From: Octopus sinensis
Lineage: Eukaryota
Direction: 5' to 3'
DNA: 64,000 bases
NCBI RefSeq assembly: GCF_006345805.1
Contig: NW_021833421.1
Location: 11,801 to 75,800 of the forward strand
Under the pieces are notes generated by a model. That model made no database searches. It was not told where the DNA came from and saw only the letters and a program-made list of their open reading frames with translations. Within the stretch, counting starts at the first letter, position 1. Every line of letters begins with the position of its first letter. A program made the position numbers and the translations under genes. Shown one piece after another: positions 49,181 to 62,290 of this stretch.

Positions 49181-49699
49181 CACACAGCGGATGTATTGCC
49201 GAGCGGAAATGATGCGACATTCGAGGTCTGTCAGGGTCCATATTAAACCTTTGGTTCCTTGTCTTTGCTTTACATTATTCTTCTCAATATCACTATTGAT
49301 GGTAAAAATCTCGTGGTATTTATTAGTTTCAGGGTTTTAATATTAATGGCCGTAGAAGGCAGGGAGCTGACAGAATCATTAACAAGGGCGGGAAAAAATG
49401 CTTAGCAGTATTTCGTCCGTCTTTACGATCCCAGTTCAAATTCCGCCGTCGTCGAATTTGCCTTTCATCCCTTTGGGGTCGATAAAATATGTACCAGTTG
49501 AACACTGGGTCCGATCTAATCTATTTACCTCTTCCTCGAATTGTCAGGCCTTGTGCCAAACATTTATGACCGATATTTTGTTCATTTATGGCAAAAATCA
49601 TTAGAATATCAAACTTCCTTGCCATATTTAGCTACGGCTCTTAACATTCCGAGCTCAGATCCCACTGAGGTCTACTTTACTCGTGCCAAAATTTGAAAT

Positions 49700-50520
49700 C
49701 AGTATTAATGGTTCATATCTCAGCGTCCAATTGGGCAGACTAAGTAGTAGTATTAGTACAGGCACAGCAAATCCATATATAACTCGGATGCCGTATTTCT
49801 CTTTAATCCTGCTGTAATATTCCTTGGTTATTCGATCCCTGTTATCAATTTCATCGAATGATAAATGTTCGCCTATTACCTGGTATCTGTAGCATTTCCT
49901 GTCATATACAAGCCATTCATAGAGATGTTACATTCATAGATTGTTTTACAATATTCTTGCAACATCTTTTTTCTGGCCAAACTCCATCTATACTTATTTG
50001 AGAATAATTGTAACGAGGTCAAAAGATTTCCTTTATATCATTCCTATAACGTTCAAGTCTGGAATAAACATTCAGGTATCCAATAAGAAGTGGAGGCACA
50101 TGGTCTAGTGGTTAGAGCAGCGGACTCGCGGTCGAGGGATCGCGGGTTCGAATCTCAGACCGGGCGGTGTGTGTGTTTATGAGCGAAACACCTAAGTTCC
50201 ACGTGGCTCCGGCAGAAGGTATTGACTAACTTCTGCTGACTCTTTCGCCACAACTTTCTTTCACTCTTTCCTCCTGCATCTTGCAGCTCACCTGCGACAG
50301 ACCGGCGCCCCGTCCAGGTGGAGAACCTATACGCCAAAGAAACCGGGAAACCGGCCCTTATGAGCCAGGCGTGGCTCGAGAAAGAACAAACAATCCAATA
50401 AGAAGCTGTCATAAGTTGGTGCTTCTGTTTTACTATGATCCAACGATAAACCCTTCAGTTTTTCTCAGCAAAAAGGTCAAAGAGATTCACTGCAAGCATA
50501 ACAAGTATCTCATAGAAACT
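49700..50520 (-). pseudogene. R4/Dong-type non-LTR RT fossil, split by a family E SINE
   Basis: Minus strand fragments MEFGQKK(C), CYRY, KEYYSRIK and FAVPVL match R4/Dong RT domains 6-7 and thumb; many frameshifts. Confidence 0.65.
50090..50392 (+). mobile_element. Family E SINE, full length with TSD
   Basis: Collinear with the 27050 copy; TSD atccaataagaa at 50078-50089 and 50393-50404. Confidence 0.92.
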
Positions 50521-50774
50521 ACCTGTTTAAACGTATTTCTATGTATGTTCTTCTCTTCCGCTTTTTGACTTAGAGTAAATTTTGACAGCAAGGTGTGAAA
50601 GAAAGCATCTGTTTTTTTTTAACCATCATCCCTTAAAACTTAAGGTCCGTCAGACTTTTAGAGTCCCAGATATCGAGATTATTTGAAATAAAGATTTGTG
50701 CGATCACAAGAATTTCTCCTCCATTTCTTCATTCACAAGAAATTCCCCTCCAATTTCTTCAATTTCCACTTTTC

Positions 50775-51139
50775 CCGTAACTCTAACCCTAAAAACCGCA
50801 ACCCTAACCCTAACTCTAAAACCCTAACCCTAAAACCCTAAAGCTAAAACCAGTACAAACGCTCGAACGATGTCATAAATAACAGCGACAAACCGCCGAT
50901 AGTTGCTGTTGACAAACAACAGCAGTAATTATATTCAGCTGAATACACGTCATTGATTGGTTGAAATTATCGAAATGCGACAACTTTAACACGAAATAAC
51001 TCTGAAAATAGAAACTTTTCTCAACAACACTAAGAGTAAAATATGTTTTATATGACATATTCTACCAGTGTCCGAAGTTTGAAAGTGCTTAGTTACAAAA
51101 AATTAATTTCTCGATCTGCCGTTGAAAAGGAAAAGATCC
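50775..51139. mobile_element. Inverted partial relative of the GGATC MITE with a degenerate (CCCTAA)n
   Basis: Right end ctgccgttgaaaaggaaaagatcc; telomere-like array at about 50780-50840. Confidence 0.65.
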
Positions 51140-51751
51140 GAAACGTGATATAATTTAGTGGACATCAGTCGGGGACAAAATGCACTTCTTGTTGATGTTA
51201 TCCTCTTTCTTCGGTTCCCGGGAAACATAACCACGGATTACACTTTGTTGGTATCCAGAGAGTTTATTTTTGCTCAATAACTGGTCACACGGGATATTTT
51301 AGAATAATGAAGTTTATTAAGAAGCATAGAATCGACTCATAAGATGTTGCTTACTTCAATTTTGATAATATCAAATGCTTTCATGCGGTATACTGGATAT
51401 TCATACTAGTTTTCTGAAAAAATCTACCAATATTCCCATTTCAGTGGAAGGTTTCAATATATTTTAGGTTAATACGTATTCTAACGTCAAAGAAACAGAT
51501 ATCTTCCATATTTCAGACAAATATTTCAATTATTTGCATCTGTAAGGTTTAATATTCTTATATTTCTTAAAGACGGATATAATACTTTTTTCTCTTGTCT
51601 TTTTGTCTTTGCTCCCCAGTCCCATTGTATGGTAACTTCGTCCGCTTCTAGCATTTGTAGCTTTTATTGCGGAGCTGTTGACTGTTTTTTCTGAGCCTTT
51701 TTGAAGATTGTAAAAATATTTTTTTTCTATTAGGTTATGATTCTATATTGT

Positions 51752-52264
51752 TGTGACCCGCTTCGGTCATGAATGACCACGGGATTGCACCTAGAAAGTT
51801 ACCCTCCGAGGCACAAGTCTGGGCAAGGTTGTTTATGGAAGATCAGCAGTCGCCCATGCATACCAGCCTCCCCTTTCCTAGCCACCGATGTTATCCAAGG
51901 GAAAAGTAAAGGCCGATACAGCTTGGCACCAGTGACGTTGCAGCTCATTTATTAACGTGTAAGTGGCTGAGCACTCCACAGACACGTGTACCTTTAACGT
52001 AGTCCTCGAGGGAGATCCAGCGTGACACAGAGTGTGACAGTACTGGCCCTTTGAAATACAGGTACATCAGAAACAGGAAGAAAGAGTGAGAGAAAGTTGT
52101 GGTGAAAGAGTACAGCAGGGTTTACCACCACCCTCTGCCGGAGCCTCGTGGAGCTTTAGGTGTTTTCGCTCAATAAACACTCATAACGCCCGGTCTGGGA
52201 ATCGAAACCGTGTTCTTACGACCGCGAGTCCGCTGCCCTAACCACTGGGCCATTGCGCCTCCAC
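51752..52264 (-). mobile_element. Chimeric SINE: family B 5' and body joined to family F 3' half
   Basis: Junction ctcattt|attaacgtg at 51950/51951. Confidence 0.8.
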
Positions 52265-52319
52265 ATGATTCCATAATATTTGTAATAGTGTAAAATGTTG
52301 TAGAGATGGTTTGTGGTTT

Positions 52320-52690
52320 TTATCTTTCATCCTTTACTTATTTCCGTCTTTAGACTGCAGCTATGCTGGGGCATCGGCTTCAAGAATTTTTGTTGTATGA
52401 ATCGACCCCTGTACCTTTTTTTAAAGCCTGGTACTTCATCTATTTTTTGCCGAACCGCTATGCTATGGGGATGTGCACGTACGAACACCGATTATCAAGC
52501 AATGGTGAAGGACAAAGACACACACACACATACACACAACGGGTTTCTGCCTACCAAATCCACTCACAAGGTTATGGTCGGTCCGAGGCTATAGTAGAAG
52601 ATACTTGCTCAAGGGGCCACGCATGGGAACCGAACCCGAAACCATGTGGTTGAGAAGCAAGTTTCTCACTACACAGCCAAGCCTGCTCCT
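52320..52690 (-). mobile_element. Family A SINE, old degenerate copy
   Basis: gactgcagctatgctggggc...ccaaatccactcacaagg...tcactacacagcc. Confidence 0.7.
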
Positions 52691-53811
52691 ATATGTGATG
52701 TCGAAGATGAAGATGGTATATATATTAATATATTTCGTGAACCTAATTTTATCACAAATGCTTGCATTTTTAATGAGTTCTGTGGTATGTGTCTAAGGGG
52801 TGCATAGTTTGTATGCACACCACGAGGACTACCGGAGGTCGGCTTATCCAAACTTAACAGTGAGTAATTAGGGATTTGAGATATCCTGAATTATGGTTTT
52901 GGAATTACGTTCTGAATTATCATGATGTTCTATCTGATATGAGATGTTTTAGTTCTATAGACGTGTTTTCTGGCCATTACTTTTCTCGTGTAATGTGTTA
53001 AAATTGTGTGAAGTTTCCAAGTTTTGCTTTTATGTATGAAATGCAGAAATACTAGGATTTTAAAACTGCATTTCTTGCTGTTGAAGAGATAACATTTAAT
53101 TACCAGATAATCGTAATTTGTGCAACATGTACAGACAGCTCAGATACTTTTGAAATATTTCTTTTGAAGTGTTTGTATCATCAGAAACAATATTATGCTT
53201 TCAAGTGGGATGATCGTTGACCGGGCCTTCGAGGTTTTACCAATGGCATTAACAAGCGCAGCTGGTGGTTTCACCGAGTGTAGTCATTGCGGCAGCAATG
53301 AATGAAGAACAGAGTCAACCGTCTTTCTGTAATGAAGCTATATTGTTGAAAGGTTTCAATTAATAGATCTTTATTAAATCACTGAGGTTAATTATAATAT
53401 GTGTATTACATTCTCACTCTCTTTCCTATCCACCTGCCGTTTATCGGTCACTATTGGATTCAGAATGATAATGGAGTATTTAGTTTAATATCGGAGTATT
53501 TAGCTTAAACAACTTGTATCGTGGTTGTATACAATCATCAAAAATCCACCCGCCAAAAGTTTTCTGCCAACAGGCAACAGGATTTTTCTGTGCTTTGAGA
53601 AACCAATTATTTATAATTATTTCGCTAACCACCGCACTTAAGTATACAGGCAAGTCGCGTTTGTAGCACATCAATATCATATTCTATCAAACCATTGCGT
53701 CGGTCACCAGCATCTTTCTTTTTTTTTTTTTTAATCCAGTCATACAGCAACATGAATTGAGACCGTGTGTACGAATGTTCAGGGAATCTCTTTTAAAAAA
53801 TGTTTATAGAT

Positions 53812-54375
53812 GCAGGCGTGATTGTGTGGTAAGAACCTTGCTTCCCAATCACATGCTTCCAGGTTTAATCCCACTGCGTGGCACCTTGGCCAGGTGTCTT
53901 TTACTATAACCACGGGCCAACCTTGTGAGTGGATTTTGTAGAGGAGGGAACTGAAAGCAGACCATCGTATACACACACACAAACACACATGATTCGCCAT
54001 GATAGATCGCTAGCTACCACACATTCTTTATTTTCTCTCCCCGTTTCTTTCCGTGTTCCTTTCTGTGGAAGAGCGTAGGCTCGAAACGTTAAAGACTTTT
54101 TCTATTCCTGGGCGTTAAACTAATATATTTCTTTGTTGTCTACACCACCTGACTTCGTCTTTTGTTTTATATATATATATATATGTGTGTGTGTATATAT
54201 ACACATATTTATATATATATATCTATGTGTGTGTGTGTCCCACCACCGCTTGACAACCAGTGTTGGTGTGTTTACATCCATATAGCCTAGCGGCTCGGCC
54301 AAAGAAATCGATAAAATACGTATCAGGTTTAAAAAGAAATAAGTACCGGAATCGATTCGCTCGACTAAAAATTCT
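53812..54375 (+). mobile_element. Family A SINE interrupted in its internal microsatellite
   Basis: Head 53812-53970 and 3' part 54230-54375 flank the nested element. Confidence 0.75.
53991..54168 (+). mobile_element. Hammerhead-bearing Penelope-like short element (motif 54058-54095, copy 7)
   Basis: CCTTT-CTGTGGA-A-GAGC(GTAG)GCTC-GAAA-CGT-T-AAAGA; 3' end runs into (TA)n. Confidence 0.8.
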
Positions 54376-54389
54376 GACGAAGCAGAATT

Positions 54390-56115
54390 GCAGAAATCGT
54401 TATTGAGGGGGCCTTAGAAAAGGGGGCTAGAACAGGTGAAGAGATGAGGTGATATGTGAGTGTCGGATAGACTCAGGCGGAGATGTTATAATTTAACTCT
54501 GATGAGCAGAGGCCGTTATAATAGTGTTAGAAATGGACACTAGAAGAGGGTCATCTGTAGACCACACATTGAAGTCTGTGAGTAGGTTCTAGCCATTCAG
54601 ATGGCTGTTATTCTCATGGGTGCATATTGGATGTTTTTGTGTGTAGCTTTGAAGAACGCTGGTACTCTGGAATAATTTTTTTCAATGTCTTTTATGTGAA
54701 ATTGCCAGGAGAGTTCATCAATAGTTGTGAGAATTAGCATTTGTGGCGACTTTTAAAATTTTATCTGCGTGTTGTCTATGATTTTAAAAAAAGTGAGTTA
54801 AAAAAATGATTCCTTGATATGTGCAGAGACTGCTTGCGCTGTTGTATGAAACACAATTGACGTGTGTCCGAAGAAAAAAACTGTTTTTGAGGTGAAAACA
54901 GGGCAGGTATGACATGAAATCATCACTCTGTTGGATGTAGAAGACACGTCTGTGTTCGGAATCCGAGGGAGAAGTAATGAAGGATATTTTTTGTATAAGA
55001 GAGCGCTCTTAGAATTGAAAGCAAACTGGTTGTTATTATAGAGGAGGAAGAGCGGGGGAATGCCAGAGCTGGTGGAATGAGGGTCAAAGGGAACCTATTT
55101 CTTTACTACCCACAAGGGGCTAAACACAGAGAGGACAAACAAGGACAGACAAACGGATTAAGTCGATTATATCGACCCCAGTGCGTAACATGGTACTTAA
55201 TTTATCGACCCCGAAAGGATGAAAGGCAAAGTCGACCTCGGCAGAATTTGAACTCAGAACGTAACGGCAGACGAAATACGGCTAAGCATTTCGCCCGGCG
55301 TGCTAACGTTTCTGCCAGCTCGCGGCCATTGCAGTATGGTCAGAGGGAACCAAACTGCAATGGTGTCATCAGACAGAAAGCTTCCGACTCAAGATGTGGA
55401 AAGTCTCTAAGGTGGTGATTGTGTTACGTATATGTGTGTGTGTGCTGTGTTCTGTTACAAAGTGTGGCTATTGTGTGAGTCGTTTTATTGCTTCGGGTGT
55501 CCATTGTGTGTGATGTTTTGTATGAGTCATTTTATTGGGTGATGATTATGTTGCGTCTAAGCCGTGTGAGCTGCGTTACATATAGAGCTGAACGATGATT
55601 GTGCAAATATTACATTGTACTGTTATGTTACCGATTCAAAAGTGTCTTGCGCTGAATGTGCCTTGCGCCGCCTAGCCGGGCTATTTAATGTGTATGATGG
55701 ACTGAGCAAACGTTGTAAGCATTCGTATGCTTCTTTTAAAGTTTATGTTCATATATTTCATTATCAAAGCGAGCTCACTTGTTATTATCGGCATCGATTA
55801 CATTGGCATGTGTTGTGTGTGTTATGATATGTGTTAGCGTCGAGTGGTGATTGTGTAGAGTAAGTGATCTGTCGGTTGTGTTAGATTATTGGGAGGTAAA
55901 TTCTGTAATCGGTAGCAATAGTGTTCAATATTGCGTGATAATTGTGTCGAATATAGTCTGTGTGAGTCGAGCTATTAAACAGAAAGTGTCTTGCGTAAGG
56001 TGTAATTTATGCCAACCCGTATCTAGCTTTGTGAGCCTTAGTATGAGTTTCATGGTTTGGTATATAGTTTACTCTATCGGAGATAATCCTTCAGCTGTAG
56101 TTAGGACATTTTTGA
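54390..56115 (-). pseudogene. Heavily decayed LINE ORF2-like fossil (possibly I/Jockey group)
   Basis: A/C-rich minus strand with weak motifs: SDH-like end of an APE domain near 55335-55350 and an ADK..K.AT RNase H-like patch near 54780. Not conclusive. Confidence 0.35.
55095..55322 (-). mobile_element. Family D SINE, young monomer
   Basis: Consensus-like match to the 35468 copy. Confidence 0.9.
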
Positions 56116-56128
56116 AATTTTATACACC

Positions 56129-56524
56129 ACTAGCAGTATCACCCGGCATTGCTCGGGTTTGTAAGGGAAATAACTATGTAAGCATTTTTAGAGATGTAAA
56201 GTATAATAGCCATCTCAATATGGCTAACCACAAAGAGGGGGTGTTACTGTAGCTTTTTACGTTCTGTGATTTAATAATACATTTTTAGAGAGTTACTTCC
56301 CTTATATATGCCAAAAATGCATTAAAATTGGGAAAAATGATGGTAAATGTTTTTTAAATCGTAGACTCATCGTAGACGCGCGATAATACCCAGAAGGGCT
56401 CGATATGAATCACGACTATAAGATACCCGCTTTTGGTTAAACTGCACCGCAAAATGTGGGAGTAGTTAGGAATCTAAATCGTAGGAGACAGACAGCACAC
56501 AACCTCACTTTTATATATATAGAT
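56129..56524 (+). mobile_element. Helentron-associated (HINE/DINE-1-like) non-autonomous element
   Basis: Starts actag..acccg gcattgct cgggt (hairpin) and ends cttttatatatatagat, the usual HINE terminal pattern. Confidence 0.6.
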
Positions 56525-57270
56525 ATCCTGCGTATTTCAGTTTCATGTCAATCCTACTTTGGCAGTTTCTCTGCGTCGTTTCGAGTGATATTTTGGGTAA
56601 AAATACACCGAGGAATTTGTCAGATTTGAGGGATTTCCTTGATATTTATACCTGGATAGTCAGTGCTGATGTCCGTGTCAGTTTCCACAGGTGTATTCCC
56701 TCAACGTTGCGACAAAAATCCTTTGTAACGTACCTTGTATGATGCATATTTATATCACTTAACCGTAAATATCTTTTATTACACTGATTGCATATTTTGC
56801 ACTTGCTCTTGTATCATTGCTTTATTCCTGTAGTAATTTGTATTGTATAATCAGAACTTCCGTTTCTTTTAACACAGAGTACGAGCTATTGTTGGATATC
56901 ACTATAGTTTGCCTTCCCTCTATCCTATATTGCATAATGATGTTTCTCTTGTTTCTTCTTCTCTTTCTTTACTATATTTGAAATTCCATTTGGATTTTAC
57001 CTTTTGTTCTGTTTAACCGTTTTCTATTGTTTATCTTTACCTAAATAATTTTTCTTCAATGAAGAAATTAGCTTCTAGTTTTCACTGTAAAAATTTCCTA
57101 ATAAAGAGAAGGACATTTCGTTTACAACATGTTACTTTATTACATCTGTAAGTTTTCCTTTCCCTGCTTTTAAGTTTGTGTTTAACCCCACTGTTCATAA
57201 TTTTGTCGTAGTAGTTCTCTATTTGTATTAGCCCAAACTTTATCTATAATAGAAAGGATTATTATTATTA

Positions 57271-57349
<79 letters not shown>

Positions 57350-57350
<1 letters not shown>

Positions 57351-57630
57351 TATGTTTGACTTTTGCTTTATGTATGTACAAGTTGGCTCCAAGTCTCTCC
57401 CAGAGACCTCAAGAGACAACAGGTTGGAAGTTCACGTTGTTGTTATGCCTAGTGTGCCATATATTTGGGTTTTTTTGGTGTTGTACTAGTGAATGTCTAA
57501 TACATCAATTAAAAAAAAAAAGGTTTGTTTTAAACCTTGGGATTACATAGAGAGTATTTTGCGTAGGATATGAGCAGTTCCCATGAGCACTATCTTTTGA
57601 ATTTCTGCCATTTTGGGGTTTCCTGGTATC
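57350..57630 (-). mobile_element. R4/Dong 3' end fragment with (TAA)n tail
   Basis: IPGNPKMAEIQKIVLMGTAHILRKILSM* (57543-57629), then a 3'UTR and the (TAA)n array at 57258-57349. Confidence 0.85.
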
Positions 57631-57694
<64 letters not shown>

Positions 57695-57723
57695 CATTAT
57701 TATTATTATCATCATTATTATTA

Positions 57724-57761
<38 letters not shown>

Positions 57762-57799
57762 GTTGTTGTTGTTGTTGTTGTTGTTGCTGTTGTTGTTGT

Positions 57800-58170
57800 A
57801 ATTGTTTTCTCTTTATCACAGGTTAGAGTCTTGCATGCGTAGTGGACTTACCACCTACAGCCTATAGTACCATGCTATCCGTTCTTTTCGGCTATCTAAT
57901 ACTTTCCTGATTATTCTGGCCGTGCCAAGGAGGCAAGCCTTTTGCAACAATTCTACTGGGCTCTCTATTTCAATTTCCTTTATGTTCCTCTCGATGCCTT
58001 CTAATACTGTCCCCAAGGACACAACAATAATTGGCACTATCTTCAACGTCTTCATTTTCCATAGCCAGGTATTTCGTACTTAAGAGGGTTGTATCTAACT
58101 ATCTTTTCGCTTTCTTTCTTGACTATTCGTGGGTCAAAAGGGACATTCAAAATCAGCTATATAACATACG
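57800..58170 (-). mobile_element. Second, different R4/Dong 3' fragment (restriction-like endonuclease domain)
   Basis: IADFECPFDPRIVKKESEKIVRY.PLKYEI then MKTLKIVPIIVVSLGTV...LQKACLLGTARIIRKVLD. Confidence 0.88.
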
Positions 58171-58189
58171 TTATTATTATTATTATTAC

Positions 58190-58262
<73 letters not shown>

Positions 58263-58553
58263 GAGTGAGAGAGCAGTTCATGCCATCAAAGTCACACCGG
58301 GGTAAAATATACGAAGCCCAATATACCCATCATGACTACTCGCCTGATAAGGGTACACCAGACACATGCATCACAACCATATGTGCGCGACATGGTGATC
58401 TCATATCAAGATAAACAGCACATGACCTTGTAGGTGGGGCCCAGTTAGAATTTTCTTCAGGTTGGGTAGCCCATCCCGCTCAAAAGGTCTCTGAATAAGG
58501 GTTGTTTAAGGATGTTGAAAGAACCACCCATGTTTCCAGAGGTGAATTATTCA

Positions 58554-58555
<2 letters not shown>
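58263..58555. mobile_element. Unclassified retroelement-like fragment between (TAA)n arrays
   Basis: Bounded by pure (TTA)n at 58171-58262 and 58556-58742; no recognisable protein motif. Confidence 0.4.
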
Positions 58556-58642
<87 letters not shown>

Positions 58643-58649
58643 GTTGTTG

Positions 58650-58714
<65 letters not shown>

Positions 58715-58899
58715 GTTATTATTATTATTATTATTATTATTAACAACGGTTTGAGAGATATATCATAATATGTTCTCGGATGTGTTTACGAGAAACTCCA
58801 TCATAAGTGAATCATCAAAAAGTGGGTCAACAATAAACTTGACTCCGGTGGGCATCGACCCAGCTGGATAGCATCGACCGGCGGTACTTCACGGTAGTT

Positions 58900-60100
58900 C
58901 TCAGTGCAGCTGGCATCGTTCTCATTTTCAAAGGTCGGATCGTTGCTAAATACAACGGTGTCTTCTAGTGGTCAGAACATTTGGCTCCTTATCTGGACTA
59001 TTTTGAATCACATGATCAGGGTTGTCCTCTCTTACTGCTCCGCTATATTTTGAGCTTCGGCTCATTGTTGCAGAGGTTAGAGGCATTGCAGAGTTATCTC
59101 GCTCGAACGACGAAGATACGTGGATGACGTCACCGTCATAGTGTCTCATACTAGAAAAACTGAGGTGGGTTGGAACCTGAGCATCTTAAGAAGCCTTTTA
59201 ATCCAGTGACCCTGACTCTGGCCTGCATAGATTTGCTTCACTGAGTAATTCGTTCTCCTATAACAAGTAGTAACAGGAGATTGCATTAGCCAGTAAAAGT
59301 CGGTTGGCTTGCACCTCGACGCCCAGAAAGGCAAGTCTCTGCTGGCCAACGTCGTGGCTCACTGGATTGGAAGTTTTCTTAAGATGGTTGGATTCTGTTT
59401 CAGGTTACACCACGAACTGGGATAATGTTACGCTTAGGGTGTTAAGTCTACCTAGAAATGGGTTGAGCGAAAGCAATCTCTGAAAGGTCGAACATACGTG
59501 GTGAGAAAAAAAAAATCTGATATTTGTTGACGACAGATTATTCTGCCTTGCCCCAGTTGTCATCTGATTAGACTGTAACATCTGTTCTTTTGCTTCTTGT
59601 GGAGGAGACACTTTTAGTCGCCAGAAGATTCGCCTACTGCCAGCATCCTCTACAGGGAGGATTCGATATACCATAGCTGAAAATGTATGCATTGATGTGG
59701 AATTCTGGTCAGTGAGATTCGGTTGTCTTTGACGAAGGGGTAGATCTGGATCAAACGAATTCAAATATTGGACATCTCATCTGGAATCCAATGTTTCATC
59801 AGACGGTCACAGTTCTCAACTAGTCGAATAATACAGATGGTATAAAATTCAACGTTTGCATTCTTGACAGGGTTAGTGGCGACCAAGACCAACGGCATTC
59901 AATGAGAGGATTTGGACGTCAGCGAAGATCAACGGATCGACCAATTCCAGAGGACTTTCAGCACGCACGACTATAGACAACTTCCAGAAATCCGTAAGTG
60001 CTATGAGTTGGATGTGAACTGTCGGTTCGAGATAAACTCCGCAGGCACGGAAGCGCCGTTTACTTAGCCTGACTGCGATTCACACGTTATGTCGACATTC
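58900..60100 (+). pseudogene. Probable Gypsy LTR-retrotransposon pol fossil, internally deleted
   Basis: RYVDDVTV (YVDD at 59117-59128) preceded by a SAP.IFQ-like patch, LKK..SDP-like RT/RNase H boundary near 59180, SDG.QFS and TNG integrase-like patches near 59800-59910, in RT-RH-IN order. Confidence 0.55.
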
Positions 60101-61096
60101 ATACTCTCTATGGTATTGCTGATCCAATTTCTCGTGTACTGTCTAATGCCCCCATTCATATTTAAGAACTGGGTTTAGTACGGGTATATACAAGCTTCTC
60201 TGTCATCATAGTGTAGAATCAAAGCGAGAAGTTGGGGGATACTTAAATTTTACGACTCTCTACTGTTCATGTGCAGTTTATCTAAGTAGCGGTGTGTTAG
60301 CAGAATCGCTAGAGCATCGGACAAAATGCATTGCTGTATTTGGTTTCGGCTTTTTGCATTCTGAGTTCAAACCCAACTAATGTCAACTTTACTTTTTGTC
60401 CCTCTGGGCTCGATAAAATAGAGTACCAATCAGGTAAGCCTACTTCAAACTTTCCTAGCCATCAGGCCGGAGCATATATCGGTTTCCGAGGCATTTAAGC
60501 GACCGAGAGTACAAGATACCAGTCAAAAACTGAGGCCGATTTATATGACTGCCCCTACCAGACAAGTTTCATGCTTTGCCTCTATGTTAGAAACGATTAT
60601 TTGTTTTTATTGTTTTATTCAGGCTAGTTGTTAAGAGAGACGGGAGAGGAGGACTAGACAAGATGTTTACATTATGAGTTCAGCACTGGGGTCGATATAA
60701 TCGACTGTTCCTACCTCCTTCCCTCCGTCCGTCCCTCTCCCTCTCTCTCTCCGTATTTGTGGCCTTGTGTCTATATTCGAAATGATGATCATCATTATTT
60801 TTATTATCATCATGATTATTATGATTTGTATTACTATTTGTGTTTCATCCCAAGGAATAAAGTTAATAATATATTCGATATTTCCTTTTCCCCTTCTATC
60901 TATTTATTCCGTTGATGTTCTTTCTTTCCTCTTACACACAAATGCTGTATTGATGATAAACAGCAATAGTTTGGGGCGACACCATCGAAAAGAAGGCAAA
61001 AAAACCCAAAAATCCCCTCAAATCTAAAAATCTAAAAAAAAAATGTAAATCATATATAAACAAACCTTAAAAAAATAAAACAAGCAGCCTTTCATA

Positions 61097-61220
61097 TGTA
61101 CGTATGTATGTATGTATGTATGTATGTATGTATGTATGTATGTATGTATGTATGTATGTATGTATGTATTTATGTATGTATGTATGTGTGTGTGTGTGTA
61201 TGTATGTATGTGTATGTATT
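61097..61220. repeat. (TATG)n array
   Basis: Seen directly. Confidence 0.95.
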
Positions 61221-61336
61221 TGTGTGTATATATTGCACTTTAATTAATATAGGTATATGTTTACGCGCCTGCGCATTTAACGAAATTTCCATGTAGAACT
61301 TGGTATGGAGTAAAAACCGGAACAGTGCCCTACCAT

Positions 61337-61375
<39 letters not shown>

Positions 61376-61689
61376 GAAAAAGTGAAAGAACCAAAAATTG
61401 CCAAATACAGGAATAATGTATGAGATTTTATACGATTTACTAAATATAGAAAGCAAATGGAGAAAAAAATATATAATAGCAGAGTGGTGGTAAAAAAAGT
61501 TATATCAGCAAAGAAAATTGTAAAAAAAAAAGTGAGAAAAATATGGAGGAAAAAGAGGAATTGAAAACAGAGTGAAAAAAATGAAACTTTTTCCTCTCAG
61601 CTAACTCGTTTTATTCTCAGTCGTCTGCAGTTTTTGGATGGAAAAAAAAAATCTAAACTTCTGTATTTTTTCCCCTGCTTTTGTAGTTT

Positions 61690-61705
61690 GTGTTTGCATG
61701 TGTGT

Positions 61706-61745
<40 letters not shown>

Positions 61746-62290
61746 TTAGTTTGTGTGCGTGTCAGTTTGTTTATCTGTGTAAGTTTGTGTATGTATGAGT
61801 GTGTGTAGGTATATTTGTGTGTATGGCGGATGATTTTTTTCTCAATATTTACGTGTGTGTGTGTGTGTGTGTATGTGTGTGTGTGTGTATGCGTGTGTGT
61901 AGATATGTTAGTGTATTTAGTTTGTGTGTGTCAGTTTGTTTATCTGTGTATGAGTGTGTGTAGATATATTTGTGTGTATGGCGGATTTTTTCTCAATATT
62001 TACGTGTGTATGTGTGTGTGTGTGTATGTGTGTGTGTGTTGTGTGTGTGTGTGTGTACGTGCGTGTGTAACTATGTGTCTATATGTGAGTGCATGTATAT
62101 TTGTGTATATGATATCTGTGCGGCAGTCTCTGTTCGTATGCTGTAAACGCGTGCGTATATGTATATCTGTATGCGTATCCATGTTTATGTATGCGAGCTT
62201 GATGTATGTTGGTGAAAAGGTTTGCGTATGTATGCGTATGTATGCGTATGTATGCGTATGTATGTGTGCATATCTATATACGTACGTGCG
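61690..62290. repeat. TG-rich low-complexity tract with an internal ~120-bp duplication
   Basis: gtatttagtttgtgtg..gtcagtttgtttatctgtgt..ggcgga..tttttctcaatatttacgtgtg occurs at about 61742 and 61912. Confidence 0.85.

Noticed and set aside
52800-53700. Non-repetitive segment with short open frames (e.g. 53480-53680)
   Set aside because: Stops in all frames and no identifiable motif; probably old transposon debris.
54373-54405. CTGACGA-A-GCA(GAAT)TGC-A-GAAA
   Set aside because: Sits at a SINE/LINE junction with no stem I or palindrome; probably coincidental.
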